NCBI GenBank assembly: GCA_025924355.1
Contig: JAICEE010000001.1
Span: 1-57,609, forward strand
Direction: 5' to 3'
DNA: 57,609 bases
Source: Nitrososphaera sp.
Lineage (GTDB): Archaea; Thermoproteota; Nitrososphaeria; Nitrososphaerales; Nitrososphaeraceae
Below are positions 51,775 through 57,609 of the stretch, piece by piece. The position numbers and the translations under genes were made by a program. Under the pieces are notes generated by a model. The model saw nothing but the letters and a program-made list of their open reading frames with translations. It was not told where the DNA came from and made no database searches. How positions within the stretch are numbered: position 1 is the first letter of the stretch; each line of letters opens with the position of its first letter.

Positions 51775-52026
51775 ATGAGCTACGGAGGAAGAAACGATAG
51801 CTTCGGTCCAAAGCCTGTGGAAACAGGTAAAGAATACGAGGTGCAAATTACTGAAATAAGCCGCAAAGGCGACGGCATTGCCAGAGTACAAGGGTTTGTT
51901 ATCTTTGTAAAGGGAGGAAAAGTAGGTCAGAACGCGAAGATCCGGATTAGCCAGATCGGACCAAGGTTCGCCACGGCAGAAATCATCGACGGCTCGACTG
52001 CTTCACAAAACGAACCAACAAGTTAA
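51775..52026 (+). CDS. Single TRAM-domain RNA chaperone (archaeal cold-shock type)
   Basis: PKPVE.GKEYEV.I...GDGIARVQGFVIFV; TTTATA at 51741. Confidence 0.92.
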   Translation: MSYGGRNDSFGPKPVETGKEYEVQITEISRKGDGIARVQGFVIFVKGGKVGQNAKIRISQIGPRFATAEIIDGSTASQNEPTS

Positions 52027-52067
52027 GTTACTGCGCTCTGACAGACGTACGCAGTGACACTTTTTTT
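52027..52067 (+). terminator. Hairpin plus T7 tract after the TRAM gene
   Basis: GTTACTGCG (52027-35) pairs with CGCAGTGAC (52050-58); T-run 52061-67. Confidence 0.6.
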
Positions 52068-52074
52068 CTTATCA

Positions 52075-52299
52075 CTATGATTCTTCTCGTTCAACATTTA
52101 TCTTTTCTACTCTTCGAGCCTTCTTTATGTTTGCCTTCACTAGTGTTCTAGTTAGTGCATACAAAATGCGCAATACAAGAGTCATCAGCCCGTGGATAAA
52201 AGATTCCTTTTGTTTCTGCCACATGTGCTGACGGTACCTCTTCGCTGTAATGACAGAATATTCTGACATGCTGTATATCACCTCGTCTGTCTCCATCAT
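52075..52299 (-). CDS. Small hypothetical protein
   Basis: 74-aa ATG ORF filling the gap, divergent from the cupredoxin gene. Confidence 0.4.
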   Translation of the reverse strand: MMETDEVIYSMSEYSVITAKRYRQHMWQKQKESFIHGLMTLVLRILYALTRTLVKANIKKARRVEKINVEREES

Positions 52300-52362
52300 A
52301 TAACAGTTAACCCGCCCAAAGAAATTTAGGTTATTTTGTTGAAAGGTAAACTGCAGACATAG

Positions 52363-52755
52363 ATGCGCAACAATATAATCGCCGTTGTAGTAATTTCCTT
52401 TGCGACAGTGGGGGCATTATGGGGTATAGGCAATCTCATGAATCCTGAGCCAGACGCTGATCTACCTGTTGAGGATGTTCTCCTCATAGCGCAGAGAAGC
52501 ACATTTAACGGTACCAATCCGGACGTCTATGTCACCGTTAACGTTCCAACGAAGTTGGTTGTGCAAAACAATGACGCCATAACCCATGACCTCAAAATTG
52601 ATCCATCCTCAAATGGCGGAATAACACCCATAAACACTGCCCCGCTGCGTGGCGGCCAGGACTTTCTTACAGCTATCGTAGCATCAAAAACTGGTACATA
52701 TGAATATTACTGCTCCTATCACCCGCAGATGCGGGGACACATTATCGGTCGTTAA
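52363..52755 (+). CDS. Membrane-anchored cupredoxin (type-1 copper) protein
   Basis: N-terminal TM, THDL..YYCSYHPQMRG giving His/Cys/His/Met ligands. Confidence 0.88.
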   Translation: MRNNIIAVVVISFATVGALWGIGNLMNPEPDADLPVEDVLLIAQRSTFNGTNPDVYVTVNVPTKLVVQNNDAITHDLKIDPSSNGGITPINTAPLRGGQDFLTAIVASKTGTYEYYCSYHPQMRGHIIGR

Positions 52756-53001
52756 TGTCATAGACATCTTCGAAATTGTTCTTTCAGGTCTATATATCAC
52801 TATTTCCATTTATTATATAGTCTTACTGGTAACTAGATTTCATTTTGTCATGACAGATATAAAAAACTGGTTGAATTGTAATTTTTTCCATGCCTTATAG
52901 GGCGGAGTTCTTCCTCAGGTTAAAGATCGATGAGCTAAGAAAATAATTGCAATACGAATTGACTTTTGTATATTTAGACAATGTAATAGTTTCTTGTACC
53001 T

Positions 53002-54150
53002 TTAGGTAGATGTCCCGGAAACCTTCACTATTGTGAGTACATCTTCATCGGCTAGCTTGTGGTCAAGACCTACCTTTTGTCCAGCAAATTTCGCGCTCTT
53101 GCCCCATACAAGTCCATAACGGAAGTTCCTGGCCATATTTCGGTGTATCTTATTGCACACATCCTGTACAGTTGCACCATTCTTTATTATCAGCGGCTCT
53201 TTGAAATCAGTTTCACCTCCTTTGGGCCGCATGTAAACTCTGATGAATCCAAGCCTTTGATATATCGCCTCTTTTAAGACATCGATGTTAATACCGGAAT
53301 CTGCCGAGACAGCTATAAAGTAGTTGTTATTATTATTATTATTATTGCCTACTATCTTTGACTTGATCTCCTGGACAAAGCTTGCGTTGACAAGGTCTAT
53401 CTTATTTAGCACAATAACTGAAGGAAGGTATATGCGGTTGCCATTTAGCACGTCTATTAGCTGATCATCGGTAAGGTTTGGTTCCCTTATTATCAGTCGA
53501 CCATTGTGCAAACCGTAAAGCCTCATTATTTCCTTTATCAGCCTCTCAGAAGCCTTTATGGGCACTTGCGCATTAACTGATATGCCCCCAGTTGATGTCT
53601 TTTCGATCAATATGTTCGGCGGCTGCTCGTCCAATCTGATGCCCCCTTCTGCTAGCTCTTTTTTTAGCACACTCAGATGATGCGGTTGAAAGACATCGAG
53701 CACTATCAAGACAAGGTCTGCGCTGCGGGCAACAGATAGCACACGCTTACCAAAGCCCTTGCCGCCAGAAGCTCCCTCGATGATTCCTGGCAGGTCAAGC
53801 ACCTGTATCTTTGCTCCCCTGTAGTGCAGCATGCCAGGGACGGCCGTGAGCGTTGTGAACTGATAGGACGCCACACGCGATCTGGCATTTGTAAGACTAT
53901 TGAGAAGCGTAGATTTGCCTACACTTGGCAAGCCAATAAGCACCACCGTTGCATCGCCTGCCTTTCTGACATCAAAACCAATATTTTCACCGCCGCTATG
54001 CATCGTCCTGCCATGTACATTTTCGTGCATCTCTCGTTTGAGGCGTGCTATCTTGGCCTTGAGCAGACCTATGTGAAATTCCGTAGCCTTATTGATCTGG
54101 GTTCTATGTATCTGGTCCTGTATTTCCTTGATCTTCTCCGGGATGCCCAT
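53002..54150 (-). CDS. DRG/OBG family GTPase with TGS domain
   Basis: GLPSVGKST, YQFTTL, DLPG, NKID, WGKSAKF.GQKVG. Confidence 0.95.
   Translation of the reverse strand: MGIPEKIKEIQDQIHRTQINKATEFHIGLLKAKIARLKREMHENVHGRTMHSGGENIGFDVRKAGDATVVLIGLPSVGKSTLLNSLTNARSRVASYQFTTLTAVPGMLHYRGAKIQVLDLPGIIEGASGGKGFGKRVLSVARSADLVLIVLDVFQPHHLSVLKKELAEGGIRLDEQPPNILIEKTSTGGISVNAQVPIKASERLIKEIMRLYGLHNGRLIIREPNLTDDQLIDVLNGNRIYLPSVIVLNKIDLVNASFVQEIKSKIVGNNNNNNNNYFIAVSADSGINIDVLKEAIYQRLGFIRVYMRPKGGETDFKEPLIIKNGATVQDVCNKIHRNMARNFRYGLVWGKSAKFAGQKVGLDHKLADEDVLTIVKVSGTST
53323..53346. repeat. (AAY)8 trinucleotide repeat encoding poly-Asn inside the DRG gene
   Basis: gttgttattattattattattatt on the + strand. Confidence 0.85.
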
Positions 54151-54366
54151 TGCTAGAGGTCATTATAATTGGCTGCATGGCGATAAAAATTTTGTCAGCT
54201 AGAGCAATAATTTGGCGGCTTAGATGAGCTCAAATCAACATGTGGACAAAAAAGATTTCTTCCATTGAGTAATAGTGGGGTAGGGATTTGCGGTACTCTA
54301 GACATTATTGCCTTTTTCAAGACTTTATTGCCTTGCTAGTATTGCCAAACTCGTCCCAAAGTTTGA

Positions 54367-54372
54367 TTTATA
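54367..54372 (+). promoter_or_regulatory. TATA box of tRNA-Glu
   Basis: TTTATA ending 27 nt before the mature tRNA 5' end. Confidence 0.6.
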
Positions 54373-54398
54373 TTCTGCAGCTTATTGAGACTGTCAGG

Positions 54399-54508
54399 GC
54401 TCCGGTGGTGTAGTCCGGTTAAGCATCTCGCCCTCTCAAGGCGAAGATCACGGGTTCAAACTACTGCGAGATCATATTTTCCAGTGGGGACACATCCCGT
54501 CCGGAGCA
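54399..54508 (+). tRNA. tRNA-Glu(CTC) with 34-nt intron at position 58/59 (intron 54460-54493)
   Basis: Acceptor GCTCCGG/CCGGAGC+A; anticodon arm TCGCC-CTCTCAA-GGCGA; T-stem ACGGG/CCCGT interrupted in the loop; T6 tract at 54511-16. Confidence 0.95.
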
Positions 54509-54605
54509 CCTTTTTTGATGCTTTCGCTAAAAGCAGAGGTTTTGATCATCTGCAAGCCTCTCTTATACTAACATAAAAATAGTTTTAGATCCGAGATATA
54601 ACACA

Positions 54606-55115
54606 ATGGGAAAGAAATCCTTAGAAATAGCTGGACCTAACGTTGACAAAAATATCGGAATGCTACATAGAGCCTATGCATTTGAAATGCAAACATCTCA
54701 CTACTTTCAGTATGTAGCTAACAACATAGAGGGACTAGGAGTCTTATTCGATGACTTCTTTGGAGAGCGTGCAAAAGAGGAGCAAGGACATGCATCTGAG
54801 ATTAATGACAGGTTGATGGAACTTGGAGCAAACCCAACAGACGATCCTGGCTCGTGGGAGAAGGAAAGCGGGTTAGGAAAGACCGAATCTAAGAAATATC
54901 TTTCACTTAGGAGTGCGCTTGAGAGGGCTCTAGAGCTGGAAAGGTTTGGGATTGGGCTTTACAATGAACTTGCAAATGCAACAAAAGACAGAGATCATGG
55001 AACGTATCAGCTTGCATTGAAATTACTTACAGATGAACTTGAAGACGAGCAAACCATCGAGGATATTTTGGCAAGGCTCGAAATAAGGGATGTAAGAGAG
55101 GCTGGAGCATCATAG
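54606..55115 (+). CDS. Ferritin-like four-helix protein (Dps-like/bacterioferritin-like)
   Basis: AYAFE, EEQGHA..I.DRL.ELG, LELE, DHGTY..L..LL.DE. Confidence 0.88.
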   Translation: MGKKSLEIAGPNVDKNIGMLHRAYAFEMQTSHYFQYVANNIEGLGVLFDDFFGERAKEEQGHASEINDRLMELGANPTDDPGSWEKESGLGKTESKKYLSLRSALERALELERFGIGLYNELANATKDRDHGTYQLALKLLTDELEDEQTIEDILARLEIRDVREAGAS

Positions 55116-55160
55116 TAGGAATTGAATTACGGAAGAAAAACAGAAAACAGGTAAATGAAA

Positions 55161-55397
55161 TTAATATATAGGCAAAACTCTTTTGCCCCTTTTTCTCCTC
55201 TTTTTTCTAAGCAATGTCAAGGCAGATGATTTCGGCATTATGCTTGCCTTGATCAACTCTAAACCACACCTCGAACAATTTCCTTTGATGATAGCCCTTC
55301 CATTGGCGAGTCTAGCATAGGTCGCATCTTTAATAGGAACATTATCTTTGCACGAAGTACAATAGGTTTCTCGTTGTATAACTCCATCTGTTGGCAT
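55161..55397 (-). CDS. DUF5679-like zinc-ribbon protein with basic tail
   Basis: YCTSCK..NGR.IIKG.CSRCG; RKKRRKR tail. Confidence 0.75.
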   Translation of the reverse strand: MPTDGVIQRETYCTSCKDNVPIKDATYARLANGRAIIKGNCSRCGLELIKASIMPKSSALTLLRKKRRKRGKRVLPIY

Positions 55398-55568
55398 GTC
55401 CTACTGTATACCACAGTAGTGATAAGTAATATTTGAATTTCTGTAGTCTAGAGACAAAAGCCAAAAAGGCATTAGGCAGTAATATATTGTTACTATTAAT
55501 ATTATTAAAACATGTCCTAGAGAATGTTCTCCCTGATGCATGTAAAGATGGACGGGTTCAAGATCCAA

Positions 55569-55705
55569 TAAGCATAGGAGGACACCGTCCTTCCTATGCT
55601 TAGGCTACAGGGATTCGGCAGTCCGGTAAATTCTCTTCATCTCGTCTGCCTTTGCTGGCAGATAATAGGGGGACTGTTACGTCGTCATCATCCTGTTGCA
55701 GCCTA
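55569..55705. ncRNA. Candidate structured ncRNA (two adjacent stem domains)
   Basis: TAAGCATAGGA/TCCTATGCTTA perfect stem; nested TAGGCT/AGCCTA, ACAGG/CCTGT, CAGTCC/GGACTG, TCTGCC/GGCAGA. Confidence 0.45.
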
Positions 55706-55954
55706 GCTTACTAAACAGTATGCAGATAAAAAATCTAACTTTGATTCGTAGAGTATGCAAAGCCTCTCCTAGATCAGACCCATTTAAGTGGTAGAAATCA
55801 TGCAGTTAAATCGAACTTGAGCATTATCAAAATCGGCTTATTATTGAACCAGCAATATTAGAGAGAATAAGTCGTACCATTAGAGCAGCAGGTTAATTTC
55901 TTGCCAACATATCTCTTTGACTTAGTGAATTTTTGGGTTTTTTCTTCTTTTGTA

Positions 55955-56365
55955 TTATTGTTTTCTTGTTGGTTTGTTACCGCCGGTACTACTGCTGCGG
56001 GTACTGCTATTGCTTTTACTCTTGAGCACTTTCATTACTTTGTCGCGAATCTTATTCATATTAGCCTTGGGCATAGCAGAAAGGCAGAGTATGCCATCTC
56101 TAAGAGGAAAAGTCATGAGTATAACTTTTTCATGCTCAGTTAGGCTGTAGCGCACCATTCCAAGCCTATCGCTATAGGATTGAAGCATCGTGAGATTCGA
56201 CAGCGAGTGGATGTACATATGCTGCTCTTCAGTCCCATTTAGGAGTGGCTCGATCCCTTGCTTGAATCCTCCTTCAATGACTTCGCCTCTATTATTAACG
56301 ATACCTACGAAACGTATACTACGGTCAAGCTTGATAATTCTGTCGCAGAGATTGGACTCTCGCAT
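55955..56365 (-). CDS. DUF6659-like (roadblock-like) protein
   Basis: LD.SIRFVGIVN..G.VI.GG.K.GI.PLL..LG.V.Y. Confidence 0.75.
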   Translation of the reverse strand: MRESNLCDRIIKLDRSIRFVGIVNNRGEVIEGGFKQGIEPLLNGTEEQHMYIHSLSNLTMLQSYSDRLGMVRYSLTEHEKVILMTFPLRDGILCLSAMPKANMNKIRDKVMKVLKSKSNSSTRSSSTGGNKPTRKQ

Positions 56366-56421
56366 ACACTGTTATTGCTCTTCAGAATATAAATCGCTTA
56401 CAACTTACAGTTATGATTAGT

Positions 56422-56622
56422 CTATTTGGTATCCCACCCCTCTGTTTCTACAAGCCTTATTTCCATGGAATGACCCTTTTTGATATGCGTAGAAAAATGT
56501 AATCGTACAAGCAAGTTTATGTTTAGGTCTGTAAAGTATTTTGTGGAGTATCTCGCAAGTACCATCTTACAGTCAGAGCATAAAATTTCTTTGAATTTCA
56601 AGTTGATGTTGTAACATCTCAT
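56422..56622 (-). CDS. Small putative zinc-binding protein
   Basis: CSDC plus LHFSTHIKKGH; start may be internal. Confidence 0.55.
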   Translation of the reverse strand: MRCYNINLKFKEILCSDCKMVLARYSTKYFTDLNINLLVRLHFSTHIKKGHSMEIRLVETEGWDTK

Positions 56623-56632
56623 CTATATATAT

Positions 56633-57298
56633 TCAGTCGAGTTTTTCATCGATTGTTTTTGCTATCGGATTGTTGTTATTGTTATTGTTATTGTCCTTAA
56701 AGTGTATTGTTGATGCCTTATAATATATCACCTCCCCTCTCCTCTCTATTACTGCGACGACTGCTTCCTTGCCCATATTTTGTATTTGGCTGACAGCTGA
56801 AGCAAATTCTTTGGCTGTAGTATTGGTACCCTCAATTATACCAAAGACGACGTACTTAGCAGGCTTTTTCTCGTATTCACCTCGTTCGTATACCCGAAAG
56901 TCGTTGCCAAAGCCAAAGCCCTCCTTTGCCACATAGCCTCTGTTTCGGAGATCGCGATAAACAAGAAACTCGCTCATAATGTTTCTGTTGTGTTTCAGTA
57001 GAAGTTCAAAGAACGAGTTGAAGCCTATAGTTGGTTTGTTCCTGAGCCTTAGGCGTTTTGTGTAAAATAAATATAGAGCCTCATACGGCTTAAGGATGAA
57101 TTCAGCATTTTCTTTCTCTCCAAAACCTTTGGTACGCAGTTCATCTTGGAAGCGAGTTTCATCAACCACTACCTTGCGGCTGCCTGTCAAGTATCCCTCT
57201 ATTATCGAGGGTTGTACTTCTGCTGCGGCGGCTAACGGTTCACTTATCTTCTCAGACAACGGTCGTGGGCTAGTTGCAGGTGAGGAGGGTGACATCAT
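56633..57298 (-). CDS. endA: tRNA splicing endonuclease subunit (probably structural beta subunit)
   Basis: GFGE, L.PYEALYL, FLVYRDLRNRGYV, FG.DFRVYERG, G.VIYY; catalytic His appears absent. Confidence 0.88.
   Translation of the reverse strand: MMSPSSPATSPRPLSEKISEPLAAAAEVQPSIIEGYLTGSRKVVVDETRFQDELRTKGFGEKENAEFILKPYEALYLFYTKRLRLRNKPTIGFNSFFELLLKHNRNIMSEFLVYRDLRNRGYVAKEGFGFGNDFRVYERGEYEKKPAKYVVFGIIEGTNTTAKEFASAVSQIQNMGKEAVVAVIERRGEVIYYKASTIHFKDNNNNNNNNPIAKTIDEKLD
56669..56692. repeat. (AAY)8 repeat encoding poly-Asn in the EndA C-terminal tail
   Basis: attgttgttattgttattgttatt on the + strand. Confidence 0.8.
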
Positions 57299-57424
57299 AG
57301 CTATCTTGTAAAGGCGATTAATTAACTAAACTGGTGTCAAAATCATAGTTCATAGATTGCATAACGATTAAATCAGAGCAAATCATCACAAATGATCATT
57401 ACTTAAGATTTGGTGCATTGAGAT

Positions 57425-57609
57425 ATGAAGGGTGTCAATTATCGAGAAACTCGGGGCATGCCGTATGTTAGGCGGGAATACATAGCCGGCAAACCGCAGA
57501 TGAAAATTGCTAGGTTTTCATCTGGGCTAGCAGGAAACAATTATGATTACAAGATAGAACTCATAGCGACTGAGAAGCTCCAGATACGCCACAACGCCCT
57601 AGAGGCCGC
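57425..57609 (+). CDS. rpl10e: Partial 50S ribosomal protein L16/L10e (uL16)
   Basis: Hand translation MKGVNYRETRGMPYVRREYIAGKPQMKIARF..EKLQIRHNALEA; runs off the window edge. Confidence 0.93.
   Translation, partial: MKGVNYRETRGMPYVRREYIAGKPQMKIARFSSGLAGNNYDYKIELIATEKLQIRHNALEA

Noticed and set aside
268-57311. Many 60-200 aa ORFs antisense to or nested in recognised genes (e.g. 27154-27759, 4482-4832, 54385-54576)
   Set aside because: Shadow frames of confidently identified genes or the tRNA, with no motifs
1-57609. CRISPR array, IS/transposase, integrase at tRNA-Glu, rRNA, SRP or RNase P RNA
   Set aside because: No repeat-spacer periodicity, transposase or integrase ORF, duplicated tRNA 3' end, or diagnostic RNA motifs seen by eye

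Overview
Ordinary chromosomal DNA from an archaeon, most likely a soil ammonia-oxidising Nitrososphaeraceae member (inferred from gene content: rps3ae, rps30e, aIF2-alpha, Nop10, Rpo7/Spt4, TFB, stand-alone MEDS, DUF6659-like and cupredoxin proteins). It holds core information-processing genes, six dispersed cobalamin genes (cobO, cbiA, cbiC, cbiX, cbiG, cbiD), de novo NAD synthesis (nadA, nadC, nadX), glycosyltransferases and many small hypothetical genes. I saw no mobile element, CRISPR array or rRNA. Reading the DNA directly added several features absent from the ORF track: a tRNA-Glu(CTC) with a 34-nt T-loop intron (58/59) and clean BHB motif, nop10, two partial edge genes, four microproteins and several candidate structured ncRNAs. 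The best candidates for undescribed biology are a soluble MtrA-like corrinoid protein coupled to a PNPOx-fold flavoprotein and abutting a dUTPase, a GT-C plus membrane SAM-transferase pair, and a structured intergenic RNA at about 55.57-55.71 kb. All family calls come from motif recognition by eye, not database searches.
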